DNA of 63,107 nucleotides from an uncultured Bifidobacteriaceae bacterium. Lineage in GTDB: Bacteria; Verrucomicrobiota; Verrucomicrobiia; Limisphaerales; UBA11358. Location: positions 8,583 to 71,689 of the forward strand of contig CAZUBG010000002.1 in assembly GCA_964618545.1 (NCBI GenBank). Direction: 5' to 3'. Positions 54,178 through 63,107 of the stretch are shown one piece after another; position 1 is the stretch's first letter, and every line of letters starts with the position of its first letter. A model generated the notes under the pieces. That model did no database searches. It was not told the origin of the DNA and was given only the letters and a program-made list of their open reading frames with translations. The translations under genes and the position numbers were made by a program.

Positions 54178-55080
54178 TTATTTCACCTTGTCCAAAACCA
54201 TCACCGCCAGCAACAGCGGCAGATAGAGAATTGAGGCCAAAAACAACTGGCGCGCCCGGGGCATGGTCAGGTCGCGCGCAAAGCGGATGGCGGACCAGAG
54301 ATAGGCGGCGCCCAACAGCAGCGCCCCCGTCAGATACACCGGCCCGGACAGGTGGTACAGAAACGGAAACACGCTCACCACCAGCAGCGCCGCCGAGTGG
54401 CTCACCGCCTGCTGGCCGGTGCGCTGGCCGTCGGCATCCACGAGGGGCAGCATTTTGAAACCGGCGCGCGCATAATCCTCCCGGTACATCCAGGCGATGG
54501 CAAAAAAATGGGGCAACTGCCAGAAGGCGAGAATGGCAAACAGGGCCCAGCCTTCGCCGCTCAATTCGCCCCGGGCCGCCGTCCAGCCCATGAGCGGCGG
54601 CAGCGCGCCGGGAATGGCCCCGACGGGCGTGTTCAACCAGGTCACCCGTTTCAACGGGGTGTAGATGAAGAGATAGCTGATGAGCGTCACCGCGCCGATG
54701 ACGCTGGTGAGCGGATTGACCAGCACGGCGAGCCAGACCAGCCCGGCCACGGAGCACGCGCCGCCAAAAATCATCACCGTGCCCGGTTGCAGGCGTCCGG
54801 ACGGCAGGGGGCGGTCCAGGGTCCGCCGCATGCGGGCGTCGTAATCCTTCTCCAACAACTGGTTCAGGGCCGCCGCGCCGGACGCCACCAGCGCCGTGCC
54901 CGCCAGCGCCTGAAACATCAGGAGAAAATTCAGCGGCCCGCGCCAGCCCAGATAAAAGCCCACCAGCGTGGTGAGCAGCACCAGGGTGGTCAGCCGCACC
55001 TTCACCAGATCGGCGAAGACCGCCGTCCGGCTTTTTTCCGCGGTGGAAACCGCGCTTAATGTGTCTGCCGTTGATTTCAT
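54178..55080 (-). CDS. ctaB: Heme o synthase (protoheme IX farnesyltransferase)
   Basis: LNQLLEKDYDARMRRTLDRPLPSGR, YTPLKR, GAIPGALPPLMGW, WQLPHF. Confidence 0.95.
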   Translation of the reverse strand: MKSTADTLSAVSTAEKSRTAVFADLVKVRLTTLVLLTTLVGFYLGWRGPLNFLLMFQALAGTALVASGAAALNQLLEKDYDARMRRTLDRPLPSGRLQPGTVMIFGGACSVAGLVWLAVLVNPLTSVIGAVTLISYLFIYTPLKRVTWLNTPVGAIPGALPPLMGWTAARGELSGEGWALFAILAFWQLPHFFAIAWMYREDYARAGFKMLPLVDADGQRTGQQAVSHSAALLVVSVFPFLYHLSGPVYLTGALLLGAAYLWSAIRFARDLTMPRARQLFLASILYLPLLLAVMVLDKVK

Positions 55081-55081
55081 T

Positions 55082-56293
55082 TCACTTGTTGACCGCCATG
55101 GCCCCGGACTCATTTAACACACCCGATATTGCTTTGTCAGGCACAAAATACGTTGCGCCCGCCGGACCGGTGCCTCCCGAAGTTGTGGGCGGATTGTTTG
55201 TACCGCAGACTTCCAAGTCTGCTGTATCGCGGGTTTCCCAACCCGCAGACCGTCCGCCAAGTTGACGCGCCCACCCAGCCTTGCCTGCAACTTCGGGATG
55301 CACGGCCGCCGGACGCCGGAACGCAATCACGCACCACAGGGCGCCGGCCACGAGCGACAGCGCGCCCACCAGCACATGGAGGGTGGCGATGTCGGCGGCC
55401 TTGTTGGTGAGGATGGTGGCAATGCCCAGGCCGATCTGCACCAGAATCAGCACCAGCCAGCCCGCTGCAAGCTTGGTCAGCAACGCCCGCCCGCCCAACT
55501 GCCGCCAGGCCCGCCCGGCGCCGGCGGCCACCGCCAGCAGAATGGCCAGCGCCCCCAGCCGGTGAACCATTTGCAAAATAATTTGCCCGGCCGTGATCGG
55601 GTTTTCGGAGACGATTTCCATGCGGTCGGCATTGTATTTTGCCACGGCCTCGCGGCTGGTGTCCGGCCAAAGCTGTCCATAGGCCAGCGGAAAGTCGCGG
55701 ATGGCCAGACCGGCATGCTGATGCCGCATGGTCGCCCCGAGGATGAGCTGGCCAAAAATCAAGACCGTGGCCCCCAGCACCAGCCAGCGCAGCCCGGCGG
55801 GCGCTTCGGGCCATTTTTCCCCCGTCGCCAACCACCAACGGCTGGTGCCCAACGCCAGGGCGCAAACCAGAATGAAAAACAGTTGGGCCGCCGTGCCGTG
55901 AAAAATCCCCAGATTGTCCATGTGCCACCGGACCCGCAGCCCGCCCAGCACCCCCTGCGCAATCACCAGCACCACGGCGGCCGCCCCGAGCCGGCGCATC
56001 CACCGGCGCGGGTCCCGGAGCCACAACCAAACCGCCAGCGCCACCGTCAGCAACCCCACCGCCGAAGCCAGCAGACGGTGGGTGTGCTCATAAAACACCC
56101 CGCCCACCCATTTGCCGATCGGAAACAAAAACAGGTTGTAGCCATAGGTGTTCGGCCAGTCCGGCACCGACATCCCCGCCTCATGACTGGTGACCAGACC
56201 GCCCAGCCCCAGCAGCAGAAACGTCACAATTGCCGTCAGGAGCGCAAAATAATGCATCCCCGGATTGTAATTTCCATGACTTTTCTTGTTCAT
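55082..56293 (-). CDS. ctaA: Heme A synthase (COX15/CtaA) with REP-containing C-terminal tail
   Basis: GGLVTSHEAGMSVPDWP, EHTHR, QGVLGG, FHG, MVHR, TLHV. Confidence 0.92.
   Translation of the reverse strand: MNKKSHGNYNPGMHYFALLTAIVTFLLLGLGGLVTSHEAGMSVPDWPNTYGYNLFLFPIGKWVGGVFYEHTHRLLASAVGLLTVALAVWLWLRDPRRWMRRLGAAAVVLVIAQGVLGGLRVRWHMDNLGIFHGTAAQLFFILVCALALGTSRWWLATGEKWPEAPAGLRWLVLGATVLIFGQLILGATMRHQHAGLAIRDFPLAYGQLWPDTSREAVAKYNADRMEIVSENPITAGQIILQMVHRLGALAILLAVAAGAGRAWRQLGGRALLTKLAAGWLVLILVQIGLGIATILTNKAADIATLHVLVGALSLVAGALWCVIAFRRPAAVHPEVAGKAGWARQLGGRSAGWETRDTADLEVCGTNNPPTTSGGTGPAGATYFVPDKAISGVLNESGAMAVNK
55200..55247. repeat. REP-like element inside the 3' end of ctaA
   Basis: GTACCGCAGACTTCCAAGTCTGCTGTATCGCGGGTTTCCCAACCCGC; GCAGACTT/AAGTCTGC and GCGGGTT/AACCCGC hairpins; translated as GWETRDTADLEVCGT. 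Confidence 0.75.
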
Positions 56294-56350
56294 ATAAACC
56301 ATAAAAAAACCGCCGCGCACTTTGACGCAACGGCGGGCCTTTCCGGCCGG

Positions 56351-57064
56351 TTACTTGGCCTCGAAGGTGAAATTCACCGTGGCATCCGTGTCCTTGACTT
56401 CGACTTCCTGGGTGACGGCCCCGGCTTTGCGGTGGGCCGCCTCAATCGTATATTTTCCGGGTGGAACATTTTTGATGACGAACTTGCCGTCCACCCCGCT
56501 CAGGCAATAGTACGGGCTGTCCTCGATGGTCACCCACGCAAACATCCAGGGGTGTACATCGCACTGGAACTTCATGAACTTCTCCGGTTTCACAAAGGTG
56601 TAGGTCAAATCCGCACCGTTGGGCATCTGGGCGGCGTTGATCAGGGCATCGTTGGCCTTCTCATTTTCCGGCGCCGTGGGGTTCAAATGCACGTTGTGCA
56701 GCACCGGATCGGAATTCTTCACGATCAGTTTTTGACCGGTTTGCACCACCAGAATCGTGGGGGTGTACAGGCAGCCCTTTTGATCCAGCAACGCCGCCGG
56801 GGCCGAGGCGCCGGTGGAACCGGTCACGCCCTTGAGCGAAACGATCACGTCGCCAAATTCACCGTTGGCTCCGACCCGGTAAAAATGAGTGGTGGGCGCC
56901 TTGCCGTCATACATCGCGGCACAGGTGGGATCGTTGAGAATGGGGGTGATTTCCTTTTCCGGCGGCGGGGTGCCCTTGTAGGTCACCGTGCCAATAATGT
57001 CCGCCGCGGAGGCCCACTGGCCGGCCCCGGCGCCCACCGCCAACAGCAAAAGAATTTTATTCAT
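56351..57064 (-). CDS. Periplasmic carboxypeptidase-regulatory-like / cupredoxin-like protein heading the oxidase operon
   Basis: Signal peptide, LDQKGCLYTP, NSDPVLHNVH, CDVHPWM, C-terminal DGKFVIKNVPPGKYTIEAAH. Confidence 0.85.
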   Translation of the reverse strand: MNKILLLLAVGAGAGQWASAADIIGTVTYKGTPPPEKEITPILNDPTCAAMYDGKAPTTHFYRVGANGEFGDVIVSLKGVTGSTGASAPAALLDQKGCLYTPTILVVQTGQKLIVKNSDPVLHNVHLNPTAPENEKANDALINAAQMPNGADLTYTFVKPEKFMKFQCDVHPWMFAWVTIEDSPYYCLSGVDGKFVIKNVPPGKYTIEAAHRKAGAVTQEVEVKDTDATVNFTFEAK

Positions 57065-57129
57065 GATTTAGTAAAATTTACCGATCCGCCTTGAAAACTT
57101 ATCACCCACCCCCGGACCCCGCAAGCCCT

Positions 57130-57147
57130 TTGTGAAACTTTTCACAA
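57130..57147. promoter_or_regulatory. Rex-box / CRP-type palindrome upstream of the oxidase operon
   Basis: TTGTGAA-actt-TTCACAA equals the Rex consensus TTGTGAA-N4-TTCACAA and contains TGTGA-N6-TCACA; 66 bp upstream of ATG 57064. Confidence 0.75.
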
Positions 57148-57150
57148 GGA

Positions 57151-57717
57151 TTAAAGACCCTTCAATCGGCGGTTGGTTTGATCCAAGTCAAACCGTTCCG
57201 CATCCCACTCCCCGCCCACCCAGTCCAGCATTTCAGCATGTTCGGGATGTTTGGGGTTCCCCAGAATTTCAAGCAAATGATCATAGCCCCCCATCCCGCC
57301 GCAATCGTCCGGCGGACAGGCCTTGGCTCCGGCCAGACAGACCGGGCGTTTGAAATCGGCGTCCGGCGGCAAAACTTTTTCCACCGTGACTTCATGCGCC
57401 CAACCGTCGCCAAAATCATATTCGTAAATGAATTTCCTTTTCGCGGCGGGGGCGAGATCGGCCAGGGTGTATTCATCCTCGTTTAACATTTCCATGCCCA
57501 TGTCGGCAAACTCCGGGGCCGGCGCCCCATAAAAGGCTTTCCCCGCGATGAATTGATGCATGTGCGAATTCGTCCAGGGCATCACGCGCTGGAGGAGATC
57601 GTGCAGGCTTGACAGCGGCAGATCCGCACGCACCACGACGCGCCGCCAGATGGCCGGTTTGGACCATTTCAAAGTTATCTTTAATTGATACAGCGCGCCG
57701 GGCGGTTTTTTGGCCAT
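57151..57717 (-). CDS. Plasmid pRiA4b ORF-3 family protein
   Basis: YQLKITL...IWRRVVV...LHDLLQRVMPWTNSHMHQF...YEYDFGDGWAHEV...CPPDDCGG. Confidence 0.92.
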   Translation of the reverse strand: MAKKPPGALYQLKITLKWSKPAIWRRVVVRADLPLSSLHDLLQRVMPWTNSHMHQFIAGKAFYGAPAPEFADMGMEMLNEDEYTLADLAPAAKRKFIYEYDFGDGWAHEVTVEKVLPPDADFKRPVCLAGAKACPPDDCGGMGGYDHLLEILGNPKHPEHAEMLDWVGGEWDAERFDLDQTNRRLKGL

Positions 57718-57757
57718 GCCGGTAAAATGGCAGGTCATTTGATTTTATCAAGGCTCG

Positions 57758-58462
57758 TCAACGCCAACCGCCGTTTTTGGCAAGTTGCCGGCGGAGGCAG
57801 GCTTCCAGCCCCTTCCGGACCCGGACATTTTTCAGGGCCAAGTCCAGATTAACCCGGCGGCCCAGCCAGGGGAGGCCGACAATGCGTGTTGCGTCAAAAT
57901 ATTCCGCCAGCAGGGCGGCGTTGGTGCGGGTGGCGGCATCCGGGGTTTCCGGCGACATCAACACCACCATGGCCCGCGCCCGGGCGGCCGGCGGCAGGGC
58001 GGCCAGGGTCAGCCGCAGGTGATTGACAACGCCAAGTTGGTTGGGCCCGACGAGGACGGGGATGGCGCGCAGGGCCGCGATCACGTCGCGCGAATCGGCG
58101 TCTTCCGCAAGCGGACTCAACAGGCCGCCCGCGCCTTCCACGACCACCAGATCAAAGTGCTGGCGCAACCGGCGGGCCTGGGCAAGGATTTGGGCCAGAC
58201 TGACGCGCCGGTGTTCCCGGCGGGCGGCCAGCAGCGGGGCAATCGGGGCGCGAAAGTGCCAGGGATTGATTTCGTCCAGGCGCTGGGTGCCACCCAGGGC
58301 GTCTGCCAGCAGGCGGGCGTCATCGCGGCTGCCGGAGCAAACGGGTTTAAACGCAGCAACGCGAAGGCCGCTCTGCCGCAGGAATCCGGCGACCAGCGCG
58401 GCCAGCACGGTTTTGCCCACGCCGGTGTCCGTGCCGGTGATGAACAGGGGAGCATGCTTCAT
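57758..58462 (-). CDS. bioD: Dethiobiotin synthase
   Basis: FITGTDTGVGKT, KPVCSG, APIAPLLAA, VEGAGGLLSPL. Confidence 0.95.
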   Translation of the reverse strand: MKHAPLFITGTDTGVGKTVLAALVAGFLRQSGLRVAAFKPVCSGSRDDARLLADALGGTQRLDEINPWHFRAPIAPLLAARREHRRVSLAQILAQARRLRQHFDLVVVEGAGGLLSPLAEDADSRDVIAALRAIPVLVGPNQLGVVNHLRLTLAALPPAARARAMVVLMSPETPDAATRTNAALLAEYFDATRIVGLPWLGRRVNLDLALKNVRVRKGLEACLRRQLAKNGGWR

Positions 58463-58815
58463 TTTGACATATCAAAGCGGAAGCCGGGCCGTTGCGCCAA
58501 TCCAAAGTGCGTCCGCAAAACGAGGCCATTCAAAATAACATGGGCCTTCCTTTGCTTCCTTCACAAAGGCGCAGGAAGGCGCGAGTTTAATGAGGTTGGG
58601 AGGCGCGAGTGGTATGGTTTGGTTTGGCCCGGACGGGTCCAAAGCCGGAAAACGGAAAAACACGATAAATCTCCATTAAACACGATTAAAAAATCCCGGA
58701 ATGGAACTTCCGGTCTTCCCGTGTTGCCCCGCAATGATCTCCGCTTCCCTCCTGATGCGATTTCCGGCCCACCGTGCGTCTTGTCAATTCCCCCGGCGTC
58801 GCCTAGCTTGGAGTC

Positions 58816-60162
58816 ATGTTTGAATCTTTAAGCGGCAAACTCCAGAACGCGTTTCGCAATTTGCGCGGGCTCGGCAAAATTTCCGAGTCCAACGTCAGCG
58901 ATTCCCTGCGCGAAGTGCGCCTGGCGCTGCTGGATGCCGACGTCAATTTCAAGGTGGCCCGCGACTTTATCGAACGGGTCAAGGCCAAGTCCCTGGGTGC
59001 GGAGGTGATTGCCAGCGTGCAACCCGGCCAGCAGATCATCAAGATCATCAACGACGAACTGGTGGCCCTCCTGGGATCGCAAAATGCCGGGATCAATCTC
59101 AGCGGCAATCCGAGCTGCGTCATGCTGGTGGGCCTGCATGGTTCGGGCAAAACCACCTCCAGCGGCAAACTCGCCCGGCTGCTCTTGAAACAGGGCCGCC
59201 AACCCCTGCTGGTGGCGGCGGACGTGTACCGGCCGGCCGCCATGGACCAACTGGAAACCCTGGGCCGCCAGTTGGAGATTCCCGTTTTCCTCAAGCGCGG
59301 CGAGACCGACGTGCTGGCGATTGCGCGCGCGGCGCTGGAGTTTGCCCGGGCGAACCACCGCAACACGCTCATCTTTGACACGGCGGGCCGGTTGCAGATT
59401 GATCAGCCGCTCGTGCAGGAACTTGTGCGGTTGCGCGATTTGGTCAAGCCGCAGGAAATTCTGCTGGTGCTCGATGCCGCCACCGGCCAGGAGGCGGTGA
59501 ACGTGGCCACGCATTTCGATCAGGCGCTGAACATCACCGGATCCATTCTCACGAAACTGGACGGCGACGCCCGGGGCGGCGCGGCCCTGAGCCTGAGATC
59601 AGTCACGGGCAAGCCGATCAAGTTCATGGGCACGGGCGAAAAGCTGGATGAATTTGAACCGTTTCATCCCGAGCGGATGGCCTCGCGCATCCTCGGCATG
59701 GGCGACGTGGTGAGCCTGGTCGAGCGCGCGGCGGAGGCCGTGACCGAGGATGAGGCCAGGCGCCTGGAGGAAAAGATGCGCAAGGGCCAGTTCACCCTGG
59801 AGGATTTTCTGGAACAGTTGCGGCAGATGAAAAAGCTGGGCTCGCTGGAGAGCATTGTGGGGATGATGCCGGGCGGCGCGGAACTGTTGAAACAGCAGGG
59901 GAATCTTTCCAAACAGGAAAAGGAATTCCGGCGCATGGAGGCCATCATTTGCGGCATGACCCTGCCGGAACGGCGCAGCCCGCAGATGCTCAACGCCAAA
60001 CGCCGCCTCCGCATCGCCAAGGGCAGCGGCGTGAGCGTGACGGAAGTGAACACCATGCTCAACAAATTCAACGAGATGCAGCAGATGATGAAAAAGATGG
60101 GCAAGCTTTCCAAAATGATGGGCCGCATGGGCGGCGGCCTGCCGGGGATGTTGCGCCGGTAA
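58816..60162 (+). CDS. ffh: Signal recognition particle protein
   Basis: ALLDADVN, GLHGSGKTT, DVYRPAA, DTAGR, TKLDGDARGGAAL, Met-rich M domain. Confidence 0.98.
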   Translation: MFESLSGKLQNAFRNLRGLGKISESNVSDSLREVRLALLDADVNFKVARDFIERVKAKSLGAEVIASVQPGQQIIKIINDELVALLGSQNAGINLSGNPSCVMLVGLHGSGKTTSSGKLARLLLKQGRQPLLVAADVYRPAAMDQLETLGRQLEIPVFLKRGETDVLAIARAALEFARANHRNTLIFDTAGRLQIDQPLVQELVRLRDLVKPQEILLVLDAATGQEAVNVATHFDQALNITGSILTKLDGDARGGAALSLRSVTGKPIKFMGTGEKLDEFEPFHPERMASRILGMGDVVSLVERAAEAVTEDEARRLEEKMRKGQFTLEDFLEQLRQMKKLGSLESIVGMMPGGAELLKQQGNLSKQEKEFRRMEAIICGMTLPERRSPQMLNAKRRLRIAKGSGVSVTEVNTMLNKFNEMQQMMKKMGKLSKMMGRMGGGLPGMLRR

Positions 60163-60170
60163 GCCGGACT

Positions 60171-61742
60171 TCAATGCCCCGCCGGCACCTTCGCCCCCGG
60201 GCGTTTCACCTTTTGCAACAGCAGCAGCATGGGCAGGCCGGCCAGGGCCAGCAGCCCAAACAGCGTGAAATTATCCACAAACGACCACAGGTGCGACTGC
60301 CGGTCCAGCACCCCATACAGGGCGCTGTATGCCTGGGTGGTCGCCGTGGCCGCATCGGCGTGCAACAGCAGCGCCCCCCGGGCGGCGGCGAGTTGATGCA
60401 CAAAGGCCGGATCCAACGGCGTCAGATGACTCACCATCAATGACTGATGCACCTGCGCTCCGCGCGCCAGCATGGTGGTCACAAACGCAATGCCAATGCT
60501 GCCGCCCAGATTCCGCGTCAGATTGTACAAACCGCTCGCGTTGCCGATTTGCTGCTGTCCCAACTGACTCATCGTGATCGTCGTCAGCGGCACAAAAATA
60601 AAACTGATGGCAATGCCGTTGATGATGCTCGGCCAGATGACGTTGATCCGCGCCACTTGCAAATTAATGTCGCTCAACATGAACGATGACGCCGCCAGCA
60701 GCGAGAAGCCCAGCACCAGCATGAGGCGGAACGGCACTTTGCCCACCAGCCGCCCCACCAGCATGGTGGTGAAAAAGGCGGCGATCCCGCGCGGGCTCAT
60801 GGCGTAACCGCTTTGCAGGGCGGGATAACCCATGAGCGTCTGCAAAAACAGCGGCAGCTCCGCCGTCGTGCCGTACAAAATGGCGGCCAGCGACATCATC
60901 AGGATCACGCCCACGGCAAAATTGCGGTTCTTGAACACGCGCAAATCCACCAGCGGATGCTCCACGGAAAACTCCCAGGCGATGAACCCAATGAAGGCGG
61001 CCACGGAAATGGTCACGAACCAGCAGACCCAGTCCGCCCCGAACCAGTCGGCCTCCTGCCCCTTGTCCAAAACAATCTGGAGCGTCGCCAGCCACACCGC
61101 CAGCAGGCCAAACCCCGCAAAGTCAATCGTGGCGTGCAGGTTGCGCTTGATGTACGGCGGGTCTTCCACCACCCATTTCGCCATCATCACCGCCCCGATG
61201 CCCACCGGCAGGTTGATGTAAAAGATCCAGCGCCAACTGTAATTATCCGTGATCCACCCGCCCAGCGTCGGCCCCAAAATCGGCGCCACCACCACCCCCT
61301 GGGCGAAGATCGCCATGGCCGCGCCGCGTCTGGCCACCGGAAAACTTTCCAGCATGATCGCCTGCGCGATCGGCACCATGGCCCCGCCGCCCATCCCCTG
61401 TAATATCCGCGCCATGACCAGCGTCGGCAGATCCCACGCCAGCCCGCACAGCGCCGAGGCGAACGTGAACATGATGATGCACGAAATCAGCAGCCGTTTC
61501 CGGCCGAAGTAATTCGCCAGCCACCCCGTCATGGGCAGAATGATGGCGTTGGAAACCAGATAACTGGTGAGCACCCAGGTCGCTTCATCCGTCGTCGCCG
61601 ACAGACTCCCCGCGATGTGCGGCAGCGCGATGTTGGCAATGGACGTGTCCAGCACCTCCATGAAAGTCGCCATCATCACCCCCATGGCGATCAGCCAGGG
61701 ACTGTGGCGCGGTTTCCATTGAATTTGAGCCCCATCCGGCAT
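60171..61742 (-). CDS. emrB: DHA2-family MFS efflux permease (EmrB-like)
   Basis: FMEVLDTSIANIALPHIAGSL, WVLTSYL, FGRKR, GPTLGGWITDNYSWRWIFYINLP. Confidence 0.92.
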   Translation of the reverse strand: MPDGAQIQWKPRHSPWLIAMGVMMATFMEVLDTSIANIALPHIAGSLSATTDEATWVLTSYLVSNAIILPMTGWLANYFGRKRLLISCIIMFTFASALCGLAWDLPTLVMARILQGMGGGAMVPIAQAIMLESFPVARRGAAMAIFAQGVVVAPILGPTLGGWITDNYSWRWIFYINLPVGIGAVMMAKWVVEDPPYIKRNLHATIDFAGFGLLAVWLATLQIVLDKGQEADWFGADWVCWFVTISVAAFIGFIAWEFSVEHPLVDLRVFKNRNFAVGVILMMSLAAILYGTTAELPLFLQTLMGYPALQSGYAMSPRGIAAFFTTMLVGRLVGKVPFRLMLVLGFSLLAASSFMLSDINLQVARINVIWPSIINGIAISFIFVPLTTITMSQLGQQQIGNASGLYNLTRNLGGSIGIAFVTTMLARGAQVHQSLMVSHLTPLDPAFVHQLAAARGALLLHADAATATTQAYSALYGVLDRQSHLWSFVDNFTLFGLLALAGLPMLLLLQKVKRPGAKVPAGH

Positions 61743-61748
61743 GCAAAC

Positions 61749-62969
61749 TTATTTCTCGGCGTTTCGACGGCGGGAAACCATGCCAAAAATCAACCCGGCC
61801 ACCAGGCCCGTCAGCACGGCGGCGACGCCCGGCAGCCACTGGGGCGCGACCCAGCCCCCCACGGCCACCTCCGGGGTGACCGACAGCCCCGGCCCGATCG
61901 TGTGGTTGGCCGGCAACGGTTCATCAAACACAATTTTAACCGGCACCCGCTGGACCACCTTGACGAAGTTGCCCGTCGCATTTTCCGGCGGCAACAAACT
62001 GAATTGCGCGCCGCTGCCGGCCTGGATGCTGTCCACATGCGCGGCAAAGCTCCGGCCCCCCAGCGCGTCTATTTCCACCCGCACCGGCTGGCCGGGCTGC
62101 ATCTTTTTCAGTTGCGATTCCTTAAAGTTGGCCACCACCCACACCTCCGTGGGAACAATCGCCAGCAGCGCCTGGCCCGTCTCGACATAATCGCCCGGCT
62201 CCACTGATTTGCGCGTCACCCGGCCGTCCGCCGGGGCGAATATTTTGGCGTACGAAAGATTCAGCCGCGCGGAATCCAGATCCGTTTGCGCCTGGCGCAT
62301 TTTGGCCAGCGCCATGGCCACCCCGGATTTGGTGGCGACATACTCGGCGTTCGCCTCCTGAATCCGGGAGTCGTCCGCATCGGCCTTTTGCCGGGCGGAA
62401 TTCAGGTTGGCCTCCGCCTGTTTGGCGGCGGCCTCGGCGGCGTCGAATTCCTGGGCGGAAATCGTCTTCTGCCCGATCAATTCCCCCGCGCGGGAAAAGT
62501 CCGCCCGGGCGCGGTCCGTGGTGGCCGCCATCGCATCCGCATCAGCATGCGATTCCCGGGCCGTGGCCGCGGCGGTGGCCAGCTTGGTGTTCATTAATTC
62601 CAACCCCGCCAAAACGGCCTGATAATTCGCCGACTCCGCATCGGCCGCGGCGCTTTTCTGCGCGGTCGTCATGGCCAGGTCCGCCGGGTCAATTTCCACC
62701 AGCAGATCATTCGAGTGGACCATTTGATTGTCCTCCACCAGGACGGCGGCAATCTGCCCCCCCACGCGCGGAGCCACCGAGACGACGTGCCCGGCAATAA
62801 AGGCGTCATCCGTGGATTCATGGGTGAGGGCGTCATCGAGAAACCTCAGCCCGAAAAAACACACGATCGCCACCAGCAACGCCCCCGGCCACACCAGCCG
62901 GCCGGAAGGCGCGGGGGGCACAACGGGGGCGACGGTGGGCGCCGGAACTTGAGTTTGAGTATCAGCCAC
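61749..62969 (-). CDS. emrA: HlyD-family membrane fusion protein (EmrA-like)
   Basis: STDDAFI, VAPRVGG, IFAPADG, VVANFKESQL, FSLLPPENATGNFVKVVQRVPV. Confidence 0.92.
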   Translation of the reverse strand: MADTQTQVPAPTVAPVVPPAPSGRLVWPGALLVAIVCFFGLRFLDDALTHESTDDAFIAGHVVSVAPRVGGQIAAVLVEDNQMVHSNDLLVEIDPADLAMTTAQKSAAADAESANYQAVLAGLELMNTKLATAAATARESHADADAMAATTDRARADFSRAGELIGQKTISAQEFDAAEAAAKQAEANLNSARQKADADDSRIQEANAEYVATKSGVAMALAKMRQAQTDLDSARLNLSYAKIFAPADGRVTRKSVEPGDYVETGQALLAIVPTEVWVVANFKESQLKKMQPGQPVRVEIDALGGRSFAAHVDSIQAGSGAQFSLLPPENATGNFVKVVQRVPVKIVFDEPLPANHTIGPGLSVTPEVAVGGWVAPQWLPGVAAVLTGLVAGLIFGMVSRRRNAEK

Positions 62970-62989
62970 AGTTTAATCCCTTTCAAAAA

Positions 62990-63027
62990 ACCTACCGAAC
63001 GGTAGGTAATGACCGCTCGCAAGTCAA
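62990..63027 (-). promoter_or_regulatory. Sigma70 promoter overlapped by an 18-bp TetR-type operator
   Basis: Minus strand TTGACT (63027-63022)-N17-TACCGT (63004-62999); perfect palindrome ACCTACCG-aa-CGGTAGGT at 62990-63007. Confidence 0.7.
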
Positions 63028-63107
63028 TCCTTTAATCTTGGGGCGTCCTAATTCGGGTGTGAGACAAAATTCTTTTTAGGCACAGAGTGAAAGAGGGTCG
63101 TTGCGTT

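Noticed and set aside
57739-57751. FNR-like TTGAT...ATCAA upstream of pRiA4b ORF3
   Set aside because: The spacer is 3 bp, not the 4 bp FNR requires.
1-63107. tRNA, rRNA, SRP RNA, intact transposase or integrase
   Set aside because: No T-loop/anticodon-arm pattern, rRNA signature or DDE/tyrosine recombinase motif was seen by eye; tRNAscan-SE and Rfam were not run.

Overview
GC-rich bacterial DNA whose gene content and intergenic repeats look like Verrucomicrobiota (Pedosphaera/Limisphaerales-like; taxonomic call is inference). 1-3.3 kb: the 5' part of a SWIM-finger (probably SNF2-type) gene followed by decayed accessory genes (frameshifted DUF3486-like gene, AbrB-type antitoxin, antitoxin/toxin remnants). 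3.4-33.2 kb: a surface-protein cluster with three prepilin-type H-X9-DG genes, four large secreted Ig/DUF11/lamin-tail proteins, an outer-membrane barrel, a XylR and a LuxR regulator, a pair of low-GC paralogous lipoproteins, a secreted EEP-family enzyme and a YncE/phosphoesterase. Five secreted proteins share a C-terminal F(Y/F)(R/F) domain. Four 11-bp-period TGT(C/A)AC direct repeats (Pho-box-like) sit upstream of two pilin modules and both phosphoesterase genes. 33.3-38.8 kb: a 1839-aa PA14/DUF1080 sensor kinase. 39-46.5 kb: housekeeping genes (PMM, purF, thioesterase, Hsp20, lon, lipoprotein-sorting protein). 46.5-47.9 kb: a decayed islet with a nonsense-interrupted membrane-protein gene, a KilA-N remnant and REP-like repeats. 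48.8-57.1 kb: an A-family heme-copper oxidase operon in unusual order, lacking the K-channel lysine, headed by a putative blue-copper protein and preceded by a perfect Rex/CRP-type palindrome. 57.1-63.1 kb: pRiA4b ORF3, bioD, ffh and an EmrAB-type pump with a TetR-like operator. No tRNA, rRNA or CRISPR array was seen. All family calls come from motif recognition by eye; no searches were run.
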